Position numbers and translations under genes: made by a program. Shown piece after piece: positions 28,158-36,835 of a DNA stretch of 43,533 nt. This DNA comes from Candidatus Pacearchaeota archaeon (GTDB lineage: Archaea; Nanobdellota; Nanobdellia; Pacearchaeales; GW2011-AR1), in contig JAFCFX010000002.1 in the NCBI GenBank assembly GCA_017608405.1, positions 1 through 43,533 of the forward strand, read 5' to 3'. Every line of letters begins with the position of its first letter. Positions within the stretch are counted from its first letter, which is position 1. The notes under the pieces were generated by a model that saw nothing but the letters and a program-made list of their open reading frames with translations, made no database searches and was not told where the DNA came from.

Positions 28158-30454
28158 GAAACGAAAAATCAGTTCAATTAAAGGTTGTTGAAGCATTGCA
28201 AGATGATGCATATAAAGGCATTGCTAGATTAGATGCTGAGATAATGAGGGAATTGGAAATTCAAAAGGGAGATGTTATTTTAATTAAAGGAAATCGTGAA
28301 ACAGTTGCTATTGCTGATAGGGCTTATCCTGCTGATGTTGGCGAGGGAATTATTCGAATTGACGGTATTCTTAGGAAAAATGCAAAAACAGGGATGGGAG
28401 AAGCTGTTACAGTTTCTAAGGCAAAAGTTGCCCATGCAAAAAAAGTAATTATTGCTCCTGCACAAAAAGGCATCATGGTTGAAGCAGATTCTAACAATTT
28501 GAGAAGAGGTCTTTTTGGGAGAACAATGCTTAAAGGGGATATTGTTATGTTGGGAGGAGTTCAGAGACGAAGAGATTTGTTGTTAGAAGAAATGGGTGGT
28601 GCAGATTTTAATGATTTATTGGGGGATATGCTTGGAAACATGGGATTTGGAAATTTAGGTGGGGGAGTTGCACAAATTAGGTTTTTAGTTATCAATACAA
28701 ATCCAAATACTCCGGTTATTATAACTGAGCATACAGAGGTTGTCCTGAGTCCAAAAGCAGTTGAGGTTAGTGAAGAAAATATTCCTGAAATTAATTATGA
28801 AGATATTGGGGGATTAAATGATGAAATTAAAAAAATTAGAGAGATGGTAGAAATCCCTATGAAACATCCAGAGATTTTTAATCGTCTTGGGGTAGAACCT
28901 CCTAAAGGAGTTTTATTGCATGGACCTCCTGGAACAGGTAAAACCTTATTAGCAAAAGCAGTGGCAAACGAGACTGAAGCAAATTTTGTTTTATTAAATG
29001 GCCCTGAAATTATGTCTAAGTTTTATGGAGAATCTGAAAAGAAAATAAGAGATATTTTTGAAGAAGCAGAAAAAACAGCTCCGACAATTGTTTTTATTGA
29101 TGAAATTGATGCTCTTGCTCCTAAAAGAGAAGAGGTTCAAGGAGAAGTTGAAAGAAGAGTTGTTTCTCAGCTTTTAACAATGATGGATGGTTTGAAAGCA
29201 AGAGGAAAAGTTATTGTTATTGCGGCTACAAATAGAGTTAATGCTATTGACCCTGCATTAAGAAGGCCTGGAAGATTTGATAGGGAAATTGAAGTTGGTG
29301 TGCCAGATAAAGAAGGTAGATTAGCTATTTTGAAGATTCACACAAGAGGGATGCCTTTAACAAGAGGAGTTAAATTAGATGATCTTGCCTCATTAACTCA
29401 TGGTTTTGTTGGAGCAGATTTAGAAGCATTGAGTAAAGAGGCTGCAATGAATGTTTTGAGAAAATTACTTCCAAAAATGAAATTATATGTAGAAGAACAA
29501 ATTTCTCAAGAGATTTTAGAAAAATTAATTGTTAAACAAAATGATTTTATGGATGCTTTGAAAGTTGTAAGACCTTCTGCTATGAGAGAGGTTTTAGTTG
29601 AAACTCCTAATGTTGGTTGGGAAGATGTTGGGGGGTTAGATAATATTAAACAAGAATTAAATGAGGCTGTTGAGTGGCCATTAAAACATCCTGAGAGTTT
29701 TAAAAACATGGGAATTCGGCCATCAAGAGGTATTTTGCTTTATGGACCTCCTGGAACAGGTAAAACCTTATTGGCAAAAGCAGTTGCAAAAGAATCAGAA
29801 GCTAATTTTATTCAAGTTAAAGGGCCTTCGTTATTGAGTATGTGGGTCGGGAAATCAGAAGAAGGAATGAGGAAAGTTTTTGAAAGAGCAAGACAAGTTG
29901 CACCTTGTATTATTTTCTTTGATGAAATTGATGCTTTAGCAGGAAAAAGAGGAATGGATCATGGCACAAGAGTTACAGAAAGAGTATTAAATCAAATGCT
30001 TGCTGAGATGGATGGTTTAGAAGATATGAATGATGTCCTTGTTATTGCTGCAACAAATCGTCCAGATATGATTGATCCGGGTTTATTAAGGCCTGGAAGA
30101 TTTGATAAGATTTTATTAATAAGTTCTCCTGATGAAAGAGGAAGAGAAGTGATTTTGAAGATACATACAAGAAAGATGCCTTTGAACAAAAATATTAAAC
30201 TTAAAGATTTAGCTAAGAAAACAATTGGATATACTGGGGCAGACATTGAAGCATTGGTTAGGGAAGCTGCAATGATTGCTTTAAGGGAATCTATGGATTC
30301 AAAAGAAGTTAATAAAACTCATTTTGAAGGAGCTTTGAGAAAGGTTAAACCAAGTGTTACAAAATCTATGATTGAAGTTTATGAGAAGATTGAAGAAAAT
30401 TATCTAAAGACAGCAAAAGCAGCAGTTCCCTCTGATAATAGTTATTTGGGATAG
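28154..30454 (+). CDS. cdc48: CDC48/VAT family AAA ATPase
   Basis: N-domain, two GPPGTGKT Walker A, DEID Walker B, RPGRFD in both modules. Confidence 0.97.
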   Translation: MRNEKSVQLKVVEALQDDAYKGIARLDAEIMRELEIQKGDVILIKGNRETVAIADRAYPADVGEGIIRIDGILRKNAKTGMGEAVTVSKAKVAHAKKVIIAPAQKGIMVEADSNNLRRGLFGRTMLKGDIVMLGGVQRRRDLLLEEMGGADFNDLLGDMLGNMGFGNLGGGVAQIRFLVINTNPNTPVIITEHTEVVLSPKAVEVSEENIPEINYEDIGGLNDEIKKIREMVEIPMKHPEIFNRLGVEPPKGVLLHGPPGTGKTLLAKAVANETEANFVLLNGPEIMSKFYGESEKKIRDIFEEAEKTAPTIVFIDEIDALAPKREEVQGEVERRVVSQLLTMMDGLKARGKVIVIAATNRVNAIDPALRRPGRFDREIEVGVPDKEGRLAILKIHTRGMPLTRGVKLDDLASLTHGFVGADLEALSKEAAMNVLRKLLPKMKLYVEEQISQEILEKLIVKQNDFMDALKVVRPSAMREVLVETPNVGWEDVGGLDNIKQELNEAVEWPLKHPESFKNMGIRPSRGILLYGPPGTGKTLLAKAVAKESEANFIQVKGPSLLSMWVGKSEEGMRKVFERARQVAPCIIFFDEIDALAGKRGMDHGTRVTERVLNQMLAEMDGLEDMNDVLVIAATNRPDMIDPGLLRPGRFDKILLISSPDERGREVILKIHTRKMPLNKNIKLKDLAKKTIGYTGADIEALVREAAMIALRESMDSKEVNKTHFEGALRKVKPSVTKSMIEVYEKIEENYLKTAKAAVPSDNSYLG

Positions 30455-30456
30455 AA

Positions 30457-30903
30457 TTATCTTAGAGGATATTTTTCTATTATTTTTTGTAGGTTTGCGT
30501 CAGCTTCATCAAATTTTTCTTTGTTTGTATCATAATCTTGTGATCTAATTAATAATTCTCTTAATGAATTCATTTTAAGTTCTGAACCATGTCTTCTTAT
30601 TCTATCTATTTTGTTATCTCCATCCAAGTCTTCATGGAATTCAGAATCCCATAGTCTGTGCCCTAATCCAGGGTATATTTTAAGATCTTGAGATCCATCT
30701 TGATATTTTGTATATTCTGTATGACCTGATAAACCTGTTGCATAAGAAACAGTATATGAAGACAGTCTTTCTATTTCTTTATTATTCCATGCATTGTTAC
30801 ATCCTCTTACTCCTAATAATATCCCTCCCATTCCTACTGCTATGGTTGCTACCCCTATGGCTGTGAAGGTTTTTAATGTCTTGAATTTTCTTGGTTTTAC
30901 CAT
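30457..30903 (-). CDS. Membrane-anchored hypothetical protein with DxDxD loop
   Basis: N-terminal TM; DLDGDNKID. Confidence 0.7.
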   Translation of the reverse strand: MVKPRKFKTLKTFTAIGVATIAVGMGGILLGVRGCNNAWNNKEIERLSSYTVSYATGLSGHTEYTKYQDGSQDLKIYPGLGHRLWDSEFHEDLDGDNKIDRIRRHGSELKMNSLRELLIRSQDYDTNKEKFDEADANLQKIIEKYPLR

Positions 30904-30981
30904 CCTTTTTTTTGGGGAAAATATTATTTAAATATTATGGTTAAAGCATGAGAATATTTTAGAGTTTTTGTGATGTTGTGA

Positions 30982-31782
30982 TTATAAATTAATCCTTTTA
31001 TGAGAAGCAACTCCTAAGTTATAAACTTCGGTTTTTCCAATCTTTTTCATACCTTCTCCTTCATGTATATGTCCACAAAAAGCATATTTTGGTTGGCATT
31101 TTTTGATATAATCTAAAATAGCTTTACTTCCTGCATGTTTTCCTTGATAATGTTTAGGTGCTTCAGGAAAATTGACTCTGTCTAAAATTCCATAAGGGGG
31201 TTGATGACAAACTAAGATATCCAAATCACTTCCAAATCTACTTAAAACCCTCCGAGCTTTATCTGTTTGCTTTTTTGCCTTTTTTAATTGCTTTGAATAT
31301 TCTGAAGGTTTAAATTCTCTTACCCAAGAAGTATCTGTAAAATATTCTAAGAATCCAATTCTTAAACCTTCTATTAATCTTAGCCTATTTTTAACTAAAT
31401 CAACATTTGCCATAGAATCAACTATTTTACGTGTACATGGAATTTTAACCTTATACTTTTCTTTATCTTCTCTAACTTGAGATAAAGTGGGAATTCCTAC
31501 ATTTCCCTGTATCGTGTAGACAGGGGTATATTTGGATAGATATCTTAACAAATCAATTGTAGAACTATGAATCTCCATATGGCTTGCCCTTATGAATTTT
31601 GCATCTTTTTCTAACTCTTCTAAACCCTTTCTTTTTCTTTCCACATTTTCAAAATGTCTTTTTCTTGCTAAATCTGCTTTTCCTATATCTCCAGTTAACA
31701 AAGTCAAATCAACATTGCCAAGCCCAATTTTCTTAACTTTACTTAAATTTCCGTGAGGGTCTCCTATTGCTATTATGTTCAT
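30982..31782 (-). CDS. Calcineurin-like metallophosphoesterase
   Basis: GDPHG, GD, GNV, HQPPYG, AGS, CGHIHE. Confidence 0.9.
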   Translation of the reverse strand: MNIIAIGDPHGNLSKVKKIGLGNVDLTLLTGDIGKADLARKRHFENVERKRKGLEELEKDAKFIRASHMEIHSSTIDLLRYLSKYTPVYTIQGNVGIPTLSQVREDKEKYKVKIPCTRKIVDSMANVDLVKNRLRLIEGLRIGFLEYFTDTSWVREFKPSEYSKQLKKAKKQTDKARRVLSRFGSDLDILVCHQPPYGILDRVNFPEAPKHYQGKHAGSKAILDYIKKCQPKYAFCGHIHEGEGMKKIGKTEVYNLGVASHKRINL

Positions 31783-31880
31783 AATTTATACAGATATTTG
31801 CCTCTTTTAAACCTAACCATATAAAATTATACAACTCCTTTATTAAAATCAGGTTTCACCTTATTTTCTTTAACTTCTTT

Positions 31881-32535
31881 TATTCTTTTATTTAGTAAGG
31901 GTTTTATTTCATCTTTTATATATCTAGAATATAAATCATTTTCTTTATCAGCTATTAACATAAGCTCTGTCAGATTCTATTGTTAAATCTGAAACATTAA
32001 TTCTTACAATTTCAGAAATTCTGCCTCCTGTTTCTCTCATTAAAGAGATTAAGAATTTTTCCATAAAACTACGACACGCAGGGATTAGAATTTTTTGTAA
32101 TTCTTCAAATGTGATTAACTCTTTAGCGTTTATCTCCTGACATTCAAGAGTATGTAATTTCATCCAGTCAACAACTTTAGGATACTTGTCTCTCTCCTCT
32201 ATTTTGTATAGCCATTTAAAAAATAGTTTAATGTTCATCTTCATAACATTAATATAATTGGGTTTTTTATTAGAAGAGTGAATCTCTAAGAATTTCTTAA
32301 TATCTGTTTTAGTCATTTTCTTAAAAGGTTTTTTAACATCATAAGCCATCCTTTTTATCAATCCTACTTTAACGTACAAAGAAGTAATTGACATATGTAA
32401 GTTGTCCTTAACATATCTCATTATTGTATTCCCCTGCTCTTTTGTAACCCATTTATCATTCATTACAACATTGTTGATTATCCTGTTCTTAAAGACTAAA
32501 TCTTTAATCTTATCATACTTCTCTTTATTATCCAT
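31881..32535 (-). pseudogene. Tyrosine recombinase relic (SAM-like N-domain + box I; remaining catalytic core deleted)
   Basis: KLFFKWLY...YP.VVDW, ETGGRISEI; stop at 31948; out-of-frame tail IADKENDLYSRYIKDEIKPLLNKE*. Confidence 0.82.
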
Positions 32536-32667
32536 AAAATTTTATAATATCAGAAGTACATCAAGATTGTTGTAATATATGTTTATATTTGTCATGCTTT
32601 AAACATAAATATTTAAATATTATGGCAGATGAGTTAGTTTTATAAATCTGGTTTTTACTACATTCCC

Positions 32668-33297
32668 ATGGCTAGTGAAGTTAAACCATATAAAAATACA
32701 AATATTTTTTTCTTAGCTGGAAGGCCATTTCTTGTAAAAGAATTGTTTAAATTTGATGCAGCTTTAAGTTGTAGTTTTATTGATGTTCCTGATTTTTTTA
32801 AAAGATTTGTAAAAAAAGATCATAAAGAAGTTGATTTGTCTAATTATTCTGTGTGGAGAAGAGCAGGTTTTACTCCCCTTGAAACTGGAACAGGGAGGGG
32901 AATTACAAATATTCTTCCAGATACTAATTATCAATTTATTTTAAAACACGAAAGAGAAACAATTGCTGCCTTGGGTTTTGAAGCTTCTGAAAAAGGAGTA
33001 TTAATATCTCAAATTCAAGGAGTAAAATGTAAACAAGATTCTTTAAAACCTCTTAAGTGGCCAAATACCTTAATTAATGTGGTTTTAGAGTGGGCACCAA
33101 AAGCTAGATTATCAGAAGTATTAATTTTACCTTCTGCTAAAAATCAGTGGGAGTTGGTTAAACAGAATGTGGAGGGAGCAAAATTATACTATGATGTTGC
33201 TGCAAAAAAAGAAGGCTTTCAATATGATCAAGAAAGAAAAGTTTATGTCAAACAAATTAATAGATCTGGTTTGTTGTCACGATTTTTTCATCACTAA
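32668..33297 (+). CDS. Hypothetical protein, weak VirK/YbjX (DUF535)-like similarity
   Basis: IAALGF..ISQIQG.K..LKWP..L....YYD; TATA 29 nt upstream. Confidence 0.55.
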   Translation: MASEVKPYKNTNIFFLAGRPFLVKELFKFDAALSCSFIDVPDFFKRFVKKDHKEVDLSNYSVWRRAGFTPLETGTGRGITNILPDTNYQFILKHERETIAALGFEASEKGVLISQIQGVKCKQDSLKPLKWPNTLINVVLEWAPKARLSEVLILPSAKNQWELVKQNVEGAKLYYDVAAKKEGFQYDQERKVYVKQINRSGLLSRFFHH

Positions 33298-34141
33298 TTA
33301 ATACAGTGTGTTCTGCTTGTGCAACTTTATTATGGGATGTTTCTACAAGTTGTTGAAAATGATGTAAATTTCCATTGTCTTCTAGTTGTTTTAATCCAAA
33401 CAAGGCTTTTGTTCCAAACGTTTTTACTAACCACCTTGAACAAAAGGGGAGTGTTTGATATTCTTGGATTATGTGATTAAGAATGTCTCTTGCAATTGGA
33501 CTTCTTACATTTTTTTCATTGATTAACATGTAGATTCCAGAAGGTTTTCCATCATAGACTTTCCCATTTCCAGGAGTTGCAAAAGGTTCTATTGCATAGA
33601 GTCCTTTATTTATTGATATGTTTTTATTATCATCAAAATTAGGTATTGTTAACCCTGCATGAAGTTCATGTTGTTTCATTTCATGTCCCGATAAATTAAT
33701 TATGGGGGAAAAGTCATAAGATTCAATTATTTTGTTAATTTGTTTTCCTATTTCACTTGTTGTTGTGCCTTGTTTTATTGTTTCAATTGCTTTTTCTAAG
33801 GCTTTTTCAGCAGCTTCAATTAATTTTTTATTTTGTTCTGAATCTTCTAAATCAAGAGAAAAAGCAGTGTCTGCTGCCCAGCCATCAACATGAATTCCAA
33901 AATCTACTTTTAATAATCCGTGAGCAAGAGTTTCATCATCATGTGAAGGTGTATAATGCGCTGCTATGTCATTTATGCTTAGGTTTGTGGGAAATGCAGG
34001 CTTGCCCCCGAGTTCTGTAATTTTATCTTCTATTTTATTTGCTATTTCTAAGAGAGGCATGTCTTTTTTTATAAGAGATTTTGCAAATTTCCTTATTTGT
34101 TTTGCTATTTTTCCTGCCTTTAATATTTTTTCTTTATTCAT
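33257..34141 (-). CDS. map: Methionine aminopeptidase type II
   Basis: AFP.NLSIN..AAHYTP, VDFG.HVDG..AD, NLSGH, AIEPF, QAEHT. Confidence 0.96.
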   Translation of the reverse strand: MNKEKILKAGKIAKQIRKFAKSLIKKDMPLLEIANKIEDKITELGGKPAFPTNLSINDIAAHYTPSHDDETLAHGLLKVDFGIHVDGWAADTAFSLDLEDSEQNKKLIEAAEKALEKAIETIKQGTTTSEIGKQINKIIESYDFSPIINLSGHEMKQHELHAGLTIPNFDDNKNISINKGLYAIEPFATPGNGKVYDGKPSGIYMLINEKNVRSPIARDILNHIIQEYQTLPFCSRWLVKTFGTKALFGLKQLEDNGNLHHFQQLVETSHNKVAQAEHTVLISDEKIVTTNQIY

Positions 34142-34191
34142 ACATTTTTAATTACAGCAATATTTAAATATACTATGGTTAATGATTGTTT

Positions 34192-34443
34192 ATGAGAATT
34201 AATGATACTGAGTATGGGGGGAATTTTTTAACTCGCTGGACATATAAGTCTAGGATTGCGGTATTGACCTTGCTTAATGCAGGATTTTCTGATGTTTATG
34301 GGATTTTTTCTGACAATAATAAAGAGCCAGCAGATGATAAACCTAGTGATCCAGATTCGAATAATTTAGAAGAAGGAGTTAGGGCTTTTCCTGATTTTTT
34401 GAGATTTAGACACTTTCGTAGAGGATCATGGTTTTATTTTTAA
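34192..34443 (+). CDS. Small hypothetical protein
   Basis: ATG 34192 is 29 nt after TTTAAATA; 18-nt convergent overlap with next gene. Confidence 0.45.
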   Translation: MRINDTEYGGNFLTRWTYKSRIAVLTLLNAGFSDVYGIFSDNNKEPADDKPSDPDSNNLEEGVRAFPDFLRFRHFRRGSWFYF

Positions 34444-34893
34444 TCTTCTTGATTTTGGAATAAAATTACTTATTTTGTGTTCTGATGCTTTTCCACATCC
34501 AAGAAAATCCTCTTTATGTTTCATGACTAAAAATGTTTTTTTATTTGTTTGAATATTTAATTCTTGTCCTGACATCCATTGTTGAACTTGTTCTTTGTTT
34601 AATTCAAAGATATTTTTTTTAATTTGATCTTTTAAAATATGGGTGGCTTCAATACTTAACCTTATTTCATTATTTTGGAATTTAGCAAAATAAATTCCTA
34701 TGCGCTCAAGCCCCATTCTTGAATTATCTATGTTTTTTATTTTTTTATGGCTGTATTCTCCTTGAAAAAGAAATAATCTTTCTGTTCCACTTTTTAAAAA
34801 TGTTCCAGAAATATCTGTTATTCCAAATTGTAATTTTAATTTTCTAATTATTTCTTGCTTTTCGTTTTTATTAAGTATTTTTAGATAATTCAT
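34426..34893 (-). CDS. NIP7/RsmF C-terminal-like PUA-related protein
   Basis: GIYFAK...IRLSIE..W.SG..L...FLGCGK....I.NFIPKSRR; operonic with m5C methyltransferase. Confidence 0.8.
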   Translation of the reverse strand: MNYLKILNKNEKQEIIRKLKLQFGITDISGTFLKSGTERLFLFQGEYSHKKIKNIDNSRMGLERIGIYFAKFQNNEIRLSIEATHILKDQIKKNIFELNKEQVQQWMSGQELNIQTNKKTFLVMKHKEDFLGCGKASEHKISNFIPKSRRLKIKP

Positions 34894-35561
34894 TTTTTTC
34901 TTTTTAATACAAATTTTTCTAGCTTGTCTCTTTTTAAATACACAATAGTCATAAGAACAATTGAAATGCCTATAACGATTGTTATGAAAAGGTCATTATG
35001 TTTTATTCCAGATCCAATTATGTTGAGGATAAGGAATCCGGGAAATCTTCCTATGAATGCAACTAAAACCAGGGCCCTTATTTTTATTTTTGTGAGGCCG
35101 GCCACATAAGAAATCAAATCATCTGGAAACATTGGTAATAAATAAATTAAAAATAAAGTAGGAATTCCCCCCCTTATGATTATTTTGTCAAATTTTTTTA
35201 GAATTTTTTTATTTACTTCTTTCTCTACAAAAGGTCTTCCTAATTTTCTTGCAGAATAAAATGCAATAAAAGATCCAAGAGTTAATCCTATCATGCTATA
35301 GACAGTTCCCCATAGTGCTCCAAAAATAAAACCTCCTGCCACTCCTGCAAATTGCCCTGGAATTGGAGCCAAAAGAATTTGCAATGCTACAATTATGATG
35401 AAAATAATGGGTGCAAAAATTCCAAGATTGGATCCAATTTGTTTTATTTTTTCAGGATCTGAAATTAAATTAGATACAGGATTCCATAAGATAGCTGTGG
35501 CGATTATTATGCACAAGATAAAGATTACAAATTTTAATACAATGTTGGTGTTTTCTTTCAT
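34890..35561 (-). CDS. DedA/TVP38/TMEM64 (VTT domain) membrane protein
   Basis: APIPG...GGF.FG...G, ARKLGR, LLPMFPDDL.SY.AG, GR.PG. Confidence 0.9.
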   Translation of the reverse strand: MKENTNIVLKFVIFILCIIIATAILWNPVSNLISDPEKIKQIGSNLGIFAPIIFIIIVALQILLAPIPGQFAGVAGGFIFGALWGTVYSMIGLTLGSFIAFYSARKLGRPFVEKEVNKKILKKFDKIIIRGGIPTLFLIYLLPMFPDDLISYVAGLTKIKIRALVLVAFIGRFPGFLILNIIGSGIKHNDLFITIVIGISIVLMTIVYLKRDKLEKFVLKRKK

Positions 35562-35869
35562 TTTATTTTGTTTATGGCTTGTTGCAAATTAACTTCTGTA
35601 TTTTTGCAACCATCTTTTAGAAGATTTATTTCTATGGTTTCTGTGCCTTTTTTTCTTAGGTATTTTGTGTATTGTTCTGCTAGATTAATTTCATCTCGAC
35701 ATGCGATTCCGATTATTTTGTCGATTTTTTTAAATTTTTTTAAAATCTTTTTAATAATTGAACTTCCATTTGTAATATAAACTTTATAAGATGCTCTTTT
35801 CCCGGCTTTTTTTAGTTTTTCTAATTGTTCTTTGTTCAAGCAACGAGGAAGGAATAATAGTTTTGTCAT
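35558..35869 (-). CDS. DUF116 family protein (short form)
   Basis: LPRCL, GSS, IGIAC, GC.NT.V. Confidence 0.8.
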   Translation of the reverse strand: MTKLLFLPRCLNKEQLEKLKKAGKRASYKVYITNGSSIIKKILKKFKKIDKIIGIACRDEINLAEQYTKYLRKKGTETIEINLLKDGCKNTEVNLQQAINKIK

Positions 35870-36834
35870 TTTATTTTTTTAAATTTAGCTATGAAGAATC
35901 CCTCTGTGTTGTTGTCTTGGGGATATACTCTACAAGCTTTATTTATTTGTGTTGAATATTCTTGTTCTTGCCATTTTGTTAGGCCTGGCCGGGTTTTGAT
36001 TGGGAGCCCGATTTCTTGAATCTTTATATTTTTAAATTCTTTTAAAATAGAGTTTACTATTGCTTCATTTTCTTCTGGAGCATGAGTGCAAGTACTGTAG
36101 ATTATTTCTCCTCCAGGTTTTAAAATTTCGAAAGCAGAAGCAAAAAGATTTTTTTGAAGTCTTGAAAGGTTTTTTATTGTCTTTATATTCCACATTAAAT
36201 ATGTTTTTGGAGAGCTTCTCAATGTTCCTTCTCCAGAACAAGGAGCATCTACTAATATTTTGTCAAATTCAAATCCTTTGCCTTTTAGCTTTTTACAGAG
36301 GGTTATGCCTTCTTTTCTTGTTATGAGGGTGTTTGTGACTCCACATTTTTCTAGATTTGAAGCAAGAATTTTTATTCTTCCTAGACTGATTTCATTTGCC
36401 ATTATTGTTCCCGTATTTTTCATTTCTGCTGCAATTTGTGTTGTTTTACTTCCTGGTGCAGAACATAAATCAAGAATTGTTTCATTTGGTTTTGGTTTTA
36501 AGGAAATTATTGGAAGCATGCTTGCAAGTTCTTGAATATAATAATAACCTAAGAGATGTTCTAAGGCTCTTCCAAGTTCTCCTGGTTCTAGAGAGTTTTC
36601 AACAATCATTATTTCTGGATAATTTTTCCAAGGTTGTTTTATTTTCCAACCATTAGACTCAAGTCTTTTTTTCAAATCTTTTGGAGAAATTTTTAATGTG
36701 TTACATCTAATTGATTTTACAGGAAGAACTTTTAATATGTTTAGATAGTCTTGAAAATCTTTCTTATCTGTAAGGAGTTTTTGCATTCTTTCTACGAATA
36801 ATTGTTTAAGTTCATAATTATGTTTTGTTTTCAT
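35866..36834 (-). CDS. RsmB/NOP2/NSUN family RNA m5C methyltransferase
   Basis: R.NTLK, YIQE..SM, DLCSAPGSKT, DAPCSGEG, YSTCT...EENE, GFF.AK; start 36834 or 36846. Confidence 0.95.
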   Translation of the reverse strand: MKTKHNYELKQLFVERMQKLLTDKKDFQDYLNILKVLPVKSIRCNTLKISPKDLKKRLESNGWKIKQPWKNYPEIMIVENSLEPGELGRALEHLLGYYYIQELASMLPIISLKPKPNETILDLCSAPGSKTTQIAAEMKNTGTIMANEISLGRIKILASNLEKCGVTNTLITRKEGITLCKKLKGKGFEFDKILVDAPCSGEGTLRSSPKTYLMWNIKTIKNLSRLQKNLFASAFEILKPGGEIIYSTCTHAPEENEAIVNSILKEFKNIKIQEIGLPIKTRPGLTKWQEQEYSTQINKACRVYPQDNNTEGFFIAKFKKIK

Positions 36835-36835
36835 C

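Noticed and set aside
28921-29790. ~30-bp identical repeat TGGACCTCCTGGAACAGGTAAAACCTTATT
   Set aside because: Walker A motifs of the two Cdc48 AAA modules; explained by protein conservation and codon bias
14606-32535. The two integrase fragments as halves of one split (SSV-type) integrase bounding an 18-kb element
   Set aside because: Opposite strands, both contain box I with different sequences, no shared att repeat seen, and the interval holds core genes (topA, tfs, cdc48)
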